Assembly: GCA_950097015.1 (NCBI GenBank)
Contig: CATNEN010000031.1
Location: forward strand, 806,001 to 870,000
Direction: 5' to 3'
DNA length: 64,000 nt
Source of the DNA: Macrostomum hystrix
Lineage: Eukaryota > Animalia > Platyhelminthes
How positions within the stretch are numbered: the first letter of the stretch is position 1; each line of letters begins with the position of its first letter. This document shows positions 1 to 11,413 of the stretch, in pieces. The position numbers and the translations under genes were made by a program. The notes under the pieces are model-generated. The model searched no databases. It worked only from the letters and a program-made list of their open reading frames with translations, and was not told where the DNA came from.

Positions 1-168
1 TTTAACAAAAGAAGGCTTGAAATTCATGCAATGGTGTCTATATATTCGTATGCGCACTGACCGCTAACACGAACTGCTCAGAAACATCTTTTCTTACGTT
101 GAGTGGCTTCTTGTAAGTAATGTGGCAGAGACACGTCATAGTCACATGGAAAGTAGGAAGTAGGAACC

Positions 169-1131
169 GTGGATTCCCATGCCACAGAGATTAACAAAAA
201 ATGTGGATACCCTATTCTTCTCTTAAGGAAATTAGCTAGCCATGGGGCGGTCAGATACAATCAGCTCATGCTGTACTGCACAGCAATGATAGAAAGCATA
301 GCTCTGTACGCCTCCGAGGCCTGGGGGGCTTTTGTCTCGTGGAACCTGGGTCCTTGGGACCGCTGTCTTGTGGAAAGGGTAAACATCAGGTGCTGTAAAG
401 CCATACTACAAGTCAGCCAAAATACGGATGGCAACGGGGCCCGCTCGGAGTTAGGCAGATTGCCTTTATTATACAACATCCAGAAAAGAAGCATTTCGTA
501 CTGGGCCTCCATAACAAGCCGGCCGGACTCCATAATTTTCAAGTTATTGGCGGACCAAACATACAGTGATGTTGGAATCAAAGCAAAGACCAACAATGAC
601 GTTATGCTGAACTGCAGAGGCATTAGTCCCGCAAAAGCAATTGGAAACCACAGGAAAAATTTCGTTTCTCAGTTTGATACCCATTGGAGACAAAGGACAC
701 AGAACTCAAGCAAGCTAAGACACTTCTATTACTCCTTCAAGCAATATTATTCAGCCGAAAAATATTTACAGCAAGTATACAACCCGGAGTTGAGACGTAC
801 CATATCCTCGTTTAGACTAGGAAACCATAAGCTAGCTTGCGAAACATTGCGAACTGCAAGACCGAAAATTCCGTATGAGAACAGATTATGTAGTAAGTGC
901 AAAACAGAAGTTGAAAACGAGGTCCACTTCCTTTTTAAGTGCAGTTGGAATATGTATAGCGCAGCACGTTCGAATTTTGAGAAGGAAATTTCTGGGAAAA
1001 CTCCCAATTTCATATCCTTAACAGCAGAAGAGAAATCTAACTACATAATGGCTCAAGACGATAGGGAAACCAATGAAGCTTTAGCAAAATACATCATAGA
1101 TATCTCTAAAATAAGGGAACAGCTGCCCTGA
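169..1131 (+). mobile_element. Non-LTR retrotransposon (LINE, L2/Crack-like) ORF2 C-terminal fragment, 5'-truncated
   Basis: 320-aa ORF with post-RT motifs (INKKCGYPILLLRKL...MIESIALYASEAWG; FCKAIL-like CCKAILQV; ELGRLPL; FRLGNHKL) and the C-terminal Zn-binding motif RLCSKCKTEVENEVHFLFKC. Followed by a T-rich 3' UTR and an A-rich tail near 1320-1341. Confidence 0.85.
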
Positions 1132-1368
1132 GACTACAAGCTCGCATTAACATTTAACAATATATATATTGTTTTATTCGTGGCGTCCCTTGTGTTTTTA
1201 CTGCTCTTATTTTTAATACCTTTGCTTTTGCTTTTCCCTTCCCAGCTCGATAGTGGAATCCTACAAAACTTCGCCTTTTATGTTATGTTTTTCGTTGTCC
1301 ATTAAAATATTTGTCAACAAAAATATATAAAGAAAAAAAAATCAGCACCCATAGATGGCGTGCGCGTT

Positions 1369-1370
<2 letters not shown>

Positions 1371-1399
<29 letters not shown>
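1371..1399. repeat. (AAT)n microsatellite
   Basis: About 10 perfect AAT units seen directly. Confidence 0.95.
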
Positions 1400-1400
<1 letters not shown>

Positions 1401-2698
1401 CAGGCAAACATAAACATCACTGATTCAAGTTTAACTTATAATAATTAACTTATTAACCAGACAATTATTCATCTGCTATCAGACTCGGATATAGTTTCAT
1501 CCAACAACTGAACGGTTATTGACAAGTTTAAACTGGAATTTCGCATGGCTTTGGACTAGCAGTCAGCGCGAGAGCGCCATGGGTCAAGCTTAGAATTTGA
1601 GTACAAAACACACAGGATCCTGGAGTTATCCTATGCTGCAGCATTCAGACTTGAAGTTGAGCGGTATTGCAGTTTGGAAATGGTTATTGTTGTCACTGCT
1701 TCTTGGAAAGCCTAGGGCTAAAGTGACCGACTCAATCGGTATGATGCAGACTTGTCAAAACAAATCTAGCAACGTGAGTTTGGATACTGTCATGAGAAAC
1801 AGGGATTGCGGTATTTTGAACTCATGAAGAGTAATCGACCATTTTCATTAGCTCGTTCTAGAGCTCTTTGCTTTTGTCTCTCTATTTCTTCTCATTACAT
1901 GATTCACTCGAGCCGTAGCCTCAAAGCCGCCGTAGACAATAATGGGGAATACCGATACCCCTAATGAGCACTGATGCAAAAGTCTATTCAAAGTTAGTCA
2001 ATTAAAAGTGCAAATGAAAGCCACAACAGAAACATACATTTTTTAAACGACTTGTACTTTGTGCACTTTAGTCTAGTCAGAAAGAATAGAAACTACACTT
2101 ACCCGAGTTGGGCCAGATGTACAGCCAGTGGCTACTGCACGACGCTTCCAAAGGCTGTGTACAGTTGTTCAGTCCGTGGACATGGCATGCCACAACACCT
2201 ACCCAAATTTCTAACCCAGATTCTGCTTGTAAGCATTTACCTATTCCGTGCCATACATAGCTGCTTATCGGCTGAGGTTTAACCTACCAGTGGCATAGAA
2301 GCTTCCTTCATCCATCATGCACTATTGTTCATACATTGTTAATACAAAAATCATACTATAAAACTGTTCTAATCATACTGACATACCGGAAATTATGAAT
2401 CAATTCTGCACTTTAGAATCCAGCTAAATAGATTCCATCGCGTCAGAACGCAACAACAGCTTTTACCCGCTTTTTATTGATGTGATCTAATGCGTGAAAT
2501 AGTCGACAGTCCAGCCAACGGTTCGCACAATGCCACTTGATATGCAATGTTCACAATAAAATTGTAAGTTTTGAATTTTGACTGTCAGCACTATGCAGTA
2601 GCACATTTTAGGCACCTCGAGTTGGGAGACCATCAGGTAGAATCTTCAATTTGGCTCATCGACAGCTGCAATGATTCGGTCAACAATGGAGAGATCAG

Positions 2699-2783
2699 TT
2701 AGCTCTGACGTCGTCGGTACAAAAAAGTGCGAAGACTCATTCCAAACCATGAAGAACTCACGCTATTAAGCTCTGACGCATCT

Positions 2784-2816
<33 letters not shown>

Positions 2817-5800
2817 GAATTCAGCCGAGCGACTCGCAGCGGAATGGCCACCAGCTGGAAGCTGCGCCGCGATCCGCTCAGGCATCGGTACGTGCCGATC
2901 GCCAGCCCGACGCAGAATGCGACCGCCAGGGCACCCAGGCCGAGCCCCATCAGGCTATTCCCAGACTCCGCATGAGGCCCACGCAGAAGCAACTTGGCCA
3001 GCGTGCCGTCTGACTTCGGGGCGTCCGTTGGAGCTTCAAGCGGCTTGGTCAAAGGCTCAACTGTCGACTTGCTTACTTTCTGAGCATCCGATAGGGAGGT
3101 TCTTGAGAAGCCGTCGGCAGCTACAGTGGAAGCAATGCTATCGGCGGCCAAGCCAATGTGCAAGTCAGCTTCCATGTTCTCATTCGAGGTCTTTTCGATG
3201 GCTAAAATGGGGAGATCGTTCGACAGTCATTGCATTCGCGATCGGAATTTTGATATTTGAGTGTATTCTCTAACTTCCACTCACTGTAGTTTGCCTGAAA
3301 CATTTTCGAGTTTCTCGATGGACCAAAAACTCGGTCTCCGATCTCCGTGAACTGGCTGACCTGACAGGTGACGGTGACTGCAGCCTGAGGCTCCAGCAGC
3401 CGTTGGAGCACCTGGGCTCTTTGGACCCAGCCAGAGTTGGGACCCAGCCGTTCTGACAAGGGAATAATCTGAAGTAAAAGCACAATGCAGTCAACATTTA
3501 TCAACATATCCTTAGAAAAATTCAGCAATACATCACTTGATCCCTTCATCGATATTTCACGTAAACTTTTTGTAATATAAGTCCTTATTATGCAATCAGC
3601 CCCTCATCCCAACGGGACTGGTTCAGGGTCGATCACCGTCACAGTGTCGATGCTGACAGCTTCTGATGTCAGCGAGCAGTGCAGTTCAGGCCGAGGGTTT
3701 CCCTCCTCCGTCAGCACTGCCAGCACCAGGTCCGAGCCGTTGACAAGCCGGCCAGACCAGCCGATGGTGCTCGCGGAGACTGCAAAGGCAGGAGAGGAAA
3801 GTCATGAGGTCGCGGATACCCATGACGGACACTCGTGTGTCAAATTGATTACAGTGAACTGTGATGGTCTGCGAGAACTCCTGAGTGTATTCCGACCTCC
3901 CTGCCTGACTGGCTCTGCATTTCAGGTGTCCAGAGTTGAATCTCCGAACGACGATGATGGAGAACTTGCTCACGAGGTGAGACGGACCCGCGTAAACGCG
4001 GCTCGGTTTCAGACGCACCTGGAGATTGCGGACGGTACAATAACCAGAGTGCTCAATCAATACAAGTTCAACAGTGAAAGCAGTCTTGGATTCACCTGAG
4101 AGCCGTCAATGATCTGCAGCCAGCACTGTTGATTCGGCTCCGGGTTGCCCTCGAGAGACTCCACATTGAAGGTCATTCGCTGGCCCTCCTTCAACACGAT
4201 TGGTGCGCTCGCGGACCAGTTGCTTCTGGCTGTGACTAAAATGAGTAAAGTACAAGAAAATCACATCAGAATCAGAGATGTGAGAAATCAGAGAGCTTCT
4301 CACAATGAACCGTCAGGTTTCGAGACGCTCTCTGCCAGAACAGAGTGAGCGATCCATTGCTCTGGGTGAGGTCGCACTCGACAACGCATCCGTGCACCAT
4401 CGCCTTCGTCACTTCGAAGCTGCCAGTCTGAAATGACATGCAAAGGGTCATGCAGTCGAGTTTGGGTTTGCTCGAGAGTATTGACAGAGTCCTCTCACAA
4501 GGTTCTCCGTCAGTGGGAGCAAGGTAACTGAGCCCGTGCATGAGAGGCTGCAGCTGACAGTCGACTGTGGCTGGCCTGGTGTGACGTGAACCCTGAATTC
4601 TGTGGCATTGCCTACTTTCAGTACGTCTGGCAGATCTATGCTCAGTGCGGCCGGATCTGCAGAGGGGAGTAGAGACGCTAAGATATGAGCACCGATTCGA
4701 TTGAAAATGCTGGACTGCGCATGCTTACTCACAGTAGACTGTAAGTCTCTGACTGAAGAAGTGCAAAAACTGGCGAGTATTGGCCACACATCTCAGCACC
4801 GTTTGGTCCATCAAAGGCGTAGCGGTGAAGACAAAGCGAGTCACCAGGGGAGATTCTCCAAGTCGCGATCCATTGTTCGCAAAGGCCTTTTAAGCAAGCA
4901 AATCAATTACTTTTAGGCCGTGGCTCATTGAAAACGAAAACATTATATTCAACTTACCGTAGAGCCATTGGCTAGTATGATGAAACATATATGAAGTGGC
5001 ACAGGGTTGCCACCGAGAGATGTCAATGTCACCTGAAAGGTATCTCCCTGCATGACCCACAGAGTGGGAGTTCCGGTCCATGAACTGTTGGATCGGTCTG
5101 CCGGAATTATCGATCGAGGGTTTAACAGAAGTGCACGGACAGGAATGCATGACGGGTTAATATTTATTGATACTTTACTGTCTGACTGTTCTTACTAACA
5201 TTCAATGTTTAAACGCCTATTAGCCCAGTCCGAGAACACAATTGTTGAGTTGATGGTCTGATTGAGCAAACAGACTAGGTCTCCATGATGCATGCTTCTC
5301 TGGGGCATGAACTGGCCAGTCTGAAAAGCAAGAGTGGGGACTTATGAAGAGTGCCAGCTTTCAGGTCAAATTCGTGGCACATGCTCGCACCAGATCTGGG
5401 CTCAGCGGCACGCTGAGGACAACGCCATTGGCTCGCACACTGCAGTCGACCTGAGGTGGCGGCTGTCCAGAGCTGACGTTGACGCTGAAGTTTGCTGCGA
5501 CGCCCTCCGTAAGGACCTCCGGGACGGAAATGCTGATTGACGCAGCAACTGGAGACAGTGAGGATATGCTGGGCTTTTATGTCCAAATGTCACGTAGGAC
5601 TACCAAGCCGTTTCGCCGCCCATTTTTATACCAACAGGTGGGAAATTCCCCCTGATAATTATTTTCGCTGCACCCAAACAGAGCAACGCAAGCAAACGAA
5701 ACTCATGAACACGGGCCAACTTTTTGTTGCGCATTTTCTGAAACAGGAATCAAGTCGCCAGCCCTACAGACCGTGGTGATATTCAACAGTTCTGGCTGAA

Positions 5801-8800
5801 GGTCAGACTTTCCTAGTGTATTTCAAATACCCCTATAAACGAATTTGCACTGCGCATCAGTGCAGCCTTGGCAGGCCTTTAAAATTTCTCGGCACGTCAT
5901 CCGAATGTGCCTGCATCTTCTCCGACATCGATGGTCACTGAGCTTTATCTAGAATACAATGGCTTCTTATGGGAAAAAGCAGACCGTCGGCCAGAACCGG
6001 CGAATATCTCATGTTTCAGAAGATGCACAGCAAAAAGTTGGCCCGTGTTCATGAGTTCCGTGAGGCCTGCGTTGCGCTGGGGGGCGCGAATTCGTATCTT
6101 GAAAAGCGAAATTAGCGATCTGACTCACACAGCACCGCTGGCAGCCGCTGCTCAGTCCAGGTCTCGAAGAGTCCCGACTGGTTGGCCAGGCACAGCAGCG
6201 ATGCCCCGCTGCCCCAGAGCCGGCTTACGTTCAGCGAGTAGGAGCTGCTGCTGTTTGTGGTCTGCGGAGCAGCAAATCGTATTCATAGGGTAAATTCTAG
6301 TCGTAAGTTGTGGATATTGCTGTCGGATTGTCATCAGAAATTGTGACGTACCAACATTGGAGTCAAGCTGGTGTTGCCGAGGTCGGACTGAAGCAGGCAG
6401 CTGTGGCTGGTCTCGAGCTGGTTGCTGTCCGATGAGTTCACGGTGAGGCTCACAGTTGCGCCATCCAGCCAGCTGGCTAGCTCTGGCAGCTGGAAGAGCG
6501 TCCTGCAGCGAACTGAGAGAGCGAGTCGGTTGAGTAGTGTGACTCAGCTCACAGCTAACTAAATCCTTATGTGAGTATTGGCTATTCATTCACTGCCAGG
6601 GCAAGAATTGAAATTATTCTGAGCCTCACAGAGAAACCGTGGCACCGACAGCTGCCTGGTCTCCGCCACACCTGTGCCTTGCAGCTGGGATTCGCACGAG
6701 ACGTTCCCGTGCTCGAATTCAGCACTCACGATCGGTCTGAACTCGGACTGCAGCCTCACGAATGAGTAGACATCTGTGAATCCTCTCTCCTGCTGGCTCT
6801 CGGATGCGGCTGACAGAGCCAGTCGGTGGCCGTTGCTGCTGACCAGTGAGCAGGAATGCCGCGGTGCGGGCAGGGCGAAGTCCGTACTGAAGCTGAAGTG
6901 CACCGGCTTGCCCACCAGCCAGTGAGGGGCGCCATTCAGGCTGAGCTTCACCGACCGCGAAGGAACTGCGGGTGTGGAGGCGAGACTAAATTTTTCCTCA
7001 CTAGCTTCAAACCGTTTCATAAGAGTGTAGCTTTTCCTTAAGAAAGATACGAGAATGAAAACTTCGATCAGCCTTATATTGAGAATTTATTAAGATGAAA
7101 CTGAGCGAAAATCGGATCGCACCTACGAACTCGAGCGTCTCGGAGACAGCCTGGCTTCCTCCGTCCGAGCACCTGTAGCTAAGAGTGAGCACTGCTCCCT
7201 GCATCCACAAATATCCGATCAGCGAGAACCTCAGCTGGTTGACTGACAACTAAAGTGAAAAAAAACTAGCTGAAATGTGTTTTCGGCTAGACAGACAGCA
7301 AAGCGATTCGCAATGATTACCCTGTGGAATTCATTGGTCGGGTTCGGCAGCACTCGAGTGCCGTTGGGAAGCTTCATAGTAAGAGTCACATGACCTGGCT
7401 GCATTGTGCACGGCAGATGCGCCAGCACCGTGACGCCGCGACCATCGGTGAGAAGCCGCAGGCCGCCATCATGACACTCGGTGGATTCAGTTGTGCAAAC
7501 TGAGAACTTACCAGCTTCTGTGGCTGAAAGCGATCAAGTTGCTCTTCATCAGGGATAGCGTCTACATAGAAAGTATCATCGATACTAGTATCAGAAAGTA
7601 ACTGGATCGGAGCTGTCAGTCACTAACAAAAGATTTATTGAATGATTTGGCTGTGGGAATGGTGCGAGTTTCTGTATCCAATGCCCGCAAAGATTACTTA
7701 GAATTGCCAAGCCAACGAAGCTCATGTTCGCGTAATGGTCGGCCAGCTTCCTCAGCAGGATGACGGACGCTCTGGTCTGCAATGCCGGACAGCTCAAACT
7801 GGCAATCAATTCTTGGAAGGAAATCAATATCGACTATTTTTTATAATCCTAAATTCCTTAATTAGGACGCCCACCTGACTGGCCAGCGAGCAGCAGGAGA
7901 CTGTGAGCAGCTCCCCGTCTGCGATCCCCGCGGCCTTGGTGGAGCCGCACAGTGAGAAGTCCTCAGCCCTGAAGCCGGCCATCCACTCGGACTGGCAGCT
8001 GTCCTTGCGCAGCAGCTCACCTGGCAGTGTACCGGAATAGTACACCTGCACTCCTGCGGCCCCGTTGCGGGCCTCGTCGCTGCCACCTGAGGTTTTTGAA
8101 GGTTGACAAGTTGTGAGCTGTGAAACTGCTCAAGCTATTTTCTACATGTAGCTTGACGCCACCAATTACTTGTGCACTTGAAAAATGCTTGAAGGTCGTG
8201 GCGAGTATAGTTATCTTGAAGGAGGTACTCAGGAAATAGAAATGTTCCGTGTTAATTTATTATTTCAGTTGCCCCTTCTAGGAAAAGTTTAGGAGAGGAG
8301 ACTGTGGAGCATCACGTCATCAACTGCCTTTATTTGAGTAAGTGCACCAGCTGCTGGCTCCTTGGCCACCCCGACTGGATAGACGAGCTGACTGCCCCGG
8401 ACAACATCCGTGACATTCGCGCCTTCGTCCTGGACACCAGGCGGATGAGGGTCGCCGACACTTTCCCTGAAAACATGCAGTCAGTAAGTGCTTGGCATCA
8501 CACACTCGGACTCACTGCCAGCCTGAATCTGCAGCAGCCATAGAAGCGCAGGCTGCCGCAGCTGCAGCAGAAACCAGTGGTAGTCGGCGTCCGCAGTCGC
8601 CCAGCTGCCGGACTGAAAGAAGCCGGAGCCCAGCGGCGTCGAATAATTCCAGAAGCAGCTGGTTTGAGATTGGAATCGCCAGGAAGATGACTGCCAGGTT
8701 CGGACCAGGTTGGTCTTTGACACCGGGGAAAAATTGTCTAAAATAATCGAATTGGATTCTCAGAACTGTCGATTTATTCAGCTTTATTGTTTGGCACCTA

Positions 8801-11413
8801 TAATCACCTTCTTCGATCTCCATATACTTGAAGTTTAGCATTTTATCTTCGCTGTGCAGCACATTCTTGAGAAGCAGAATGTAGTTTGTCAGCTGGATCA
8901 GAAGATGGAGCTTAATCAGAAATTATTTGACAAGTCGTACTTATTAGATCGAAATATTTAGTACAGTATGGTTTCATAAGCCGACCTGGCTGCAAGGTGT
9001 CCTGGAGCAGCGCACTGATTTCCTCATATTACTATCAGCAGTAATGCCGCACAGGTCCAGCTGATCCGATTGCGAGGTGTGCAAGTAGCCCAGACAGCTG
9101 GACTGGGCTGTCATGAGCTGCTCAGGCAGAGTGCTCGCATGCCGAACCGCGATATTGTTGGCTCTGTTATTCACTAAAGTCGGGTGGGCGGAGAATAATG
9201 GACTTTGCAATGGAATGGCTTAGCTCTTGGCGGTCTCTTATTAGGCAGTGAGTTGTCAGGTGAGGCAGTGAGCTGTCAGGTGAGGCAGTGAGTTGTCAGG
9301 TGAGGCAGTGAGCTGTCAGGTGAGGCAGTGAGCTGTCAGGTGAGGCATTGAGCTGTCAGGTGAGGCAGTGAGCTGTCAGGTGAGGCAGTGAGCTGTCAGG
9401 TGAGGCAGTGAGCTGTCAGGTGAGACAGTGAGCTGTCAGGTGAGAGCAGTGAGCTGTCAGGTGAGGCAGTAAGCTGTCAGGTGAGGCATTGAGCTGTCAG
9501 GTGAGGCAGTGAGCTGTCAGGTGAGGCAGTAAGCTGTCAGGTGAGGCAGTGAGCTGTCAGGTGAGGAAATGAGGCAGTGAGGTGTCAAGTGAGGCAGTGA
9601 GCTGTCAGGTGAGGTAGTGAGGAAGTGAGCTGTCAGGTGAGGAAATGAGGCAGTGAGGTGTCAAGTGAGGCAGTTAGCTGTCAGGTGAGGTAGTGAGGCA
9701 GTGAGGTGTCAAGTGAGGCAGTGAGCTGTCAGGTGAGGTAGTGAGGCAGTGAGGTGTCAAGTGAGTCAGTGAGCTGTCAGGTGAGGTAGTGAGGCAGTGA
9801 GGTGTCAAGTGAGTCAGTGAGCTGTCAGGTGAGGTAGTGAGGCAGTGAGGTGTCAAGTGAGGCAGTGAGCTGTCAGGTGAGGTAGTGAGGCAGTGAGGTG
9901 TCAAGTGAGTCAGTGAGCTGTCAGGTGAGGTAGTGAGGCAGGAGGTGTCAAGTGAGGCAGTGAGCTGTCAGGTGAGGTAGTGAGGCAGTGAGGTGTCAAG
10001 TGAGGCAGTGAGGCAGTGAGCTATAAGGTGAGGTAGTGAGCTGTCAGGTGAGGCAGTGAGGTGCGAGAAAGAGTAAGTTTAAAGATTCGTCTTGGCACTT
10101 AAAAAATTGTCCCGGTCTGGCATCCAGCGTGACGGACAGCAAGCGCACAGGCCTAGCCAGCCGGATCAGCAGCCACTGGTAGCCCGAGTCCGATCTGTCG
10201 GCTGTGTGAAAGTAGTCCCAATGGCCGGTGCGGCTGATGGTGTTGCTGAAGCAATAGGTGTCAGAGTCGCCGTACCTGGAGGATTGCCAGGACTGGGCGA
10301 CCAGGCTGTCGGTCACGACGACTGATTTTCCTGATGATGGACGGTTTGGGTTGCACCCGGTCTATGCATGAATTCACGCCCCTTGTGGCCTAACCCGAAG
10401 GTGCAGTGTGTACATATGCACTTCCTGATGATGAAGAATTCGGTGATGAAGAGCTCAGTGACAGTTTAACATTTCTCCCCTGGGGTAAGACCACGCGGTA
10501 TTTCGTATACCCACTGTCCACCTCACGATAGCTCCCAAATAGAATGACAGATTTTCGTGAAAAATCCACCATATAAATCCAAGTTTGCCGCACTAACTTT
10601 CAAAAGCGTCCGATATCAGCATCGTCGCGATATTCAGCGATTCTTGTCGAAGACCCTGGCGACAAAGACAACTAACATTGCTCTTTGTATAGACCTCTAT
10701 GGTGAATCAATATTGGTAAAAAAATTAACAATATAGTCAAATTAATATAACTAAAATAATATCCGACTAGGTTATAGCTCGTTTATTGGCGGTGTTTGGT
10801 ACCCACACCCCGACGAGAATCGTTGAATATTTCGACGATGACCGATGTTTTGTGATTCTGGAAGTTGTTTCATCGGATAGAGCAGAAAATGTTAGCCCGT
10901 GTTCTGGATTTTCCTGGTGGTTAGTTGAATTTTTGGGAAGTACAGAAAAAGTATGGGTATCTGAGATGCCCCTATAGTCTTTCTACCGTTAATTAAAAGT
11001 GTGTCCATATTTGCTATAAGAGACCAAGAGTTGAAAGCCAAGTCTTTGTTGAACAGAACAGTATTGGACCGCAAAAAGACGTTGCATATAATCATTCTGC
11101 TGTACACTATTTAAGTAGAGGACCAACGATTGGCGATGCAGGTGAGCAGCCAATCAATGATAACAATAGTCCTATTTCAAACGTCCGAATAATGCCGCGC
11201 AAGTGGTCCCTTCTGAGCTTTACTGATGCACCTGTTTTCCGTGATCTTGCAAGTGACACAACCCGACATACGAGCGTATACCTCATACACAACTCGTATA
11301 TGATTACCTGCAGCCACATTGTCCAGCAGAACACAGCAGAGAAGCACTAGTAGCGGCAGACGCGGCAGGCAGCGAGAGCCCGCTCTGAACCGGATCGACT
11401 TCTTAGCAAACAT
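2699..11413 (-). CDS. Type I membrane receptor, ~1385 aa: signal peptide, 2 F-type lectin (FTP) domains, Cys-poor Ig-like domain, 7 atypical Ig (nephrin/Kirre C2-like) domains, S/T stalk, TM helix, polyQ cytoplasmic tail
   Basis: Manual splice model, all introns GT-AG with consistent phases: 11413-11308, 10330-10099, 9163-8986, 8892-8808, 8737-8516, 8086-7875, 7833-7698, 7561-7512, 7476-7321, 7249-7123, 7004-6630, 6512-6352, 6261-6129, 5548-5391, 5320-5200, 5097-4958, 4886-4733, 4656-4499, 4427-4304, 4235-4096, 4018-3853, 3779-3643 (or 3637), 3468-3285, 3201-2699; total 4158 nt, open to a stop. N-terminus [36 protein letters not shown] is a signal peptide. FTP-like AQSWQSS...YFHT...WLLIRL occurs twice. 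Ig motifs GGNPVP/EGNPEP/EGNPRP and [30 protein letters not shown]. Confidence 0.82.
5670..6100. mobile_element. Foldback/MITE-like element in a receptor intron
   Basis: 48-bp inverted repeat: 5698-5745 GAAACTCATGAACACGGGCCAACTTTTTGTTGCGCATTTTCTGAAACA versus 6012-6059, 4 mismatches. Weaker dyad symmetry extends outward and inward. Confidence 0.65.
9246..10062. repeat. 20-bp minisatellite (GTGAGCTGTCAGGTGAGGCA) in receptor intron 2
   Basis: Tandem units seen directly; higher-order variants with GGTGTCAA in the 3' half. Confidence 0.95.
10487..10988 (+). mobile_element. Non-autonomous TIR element, copy 1 (same family as 25100-25466)
   Basis: Colinear similarity to the reverse complement of 25100-25466 (GATAGCTCCCAAA; CATCGTCG.GATATTCA.CGATTCT; TTTTGTGATTCTGGAAGTTGT.TCATCGGATAGAGC). 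Right end GTCTTTCTACCG is followed by TTAA. Confidence 0.7.

Noticed and set aside
1-168. Upstream continuation of the LINE reverse transcriptase
   Set aside because: Stops in all plus frames and no YLG or other RT motif; the element appears truncated near 170.
3590-4348. Plus-strand ORFs overlapping the receptor exons
   Set aside because: Antisense shadows of GC-rich coding exons; the minus-strand spliced frame explains the region.
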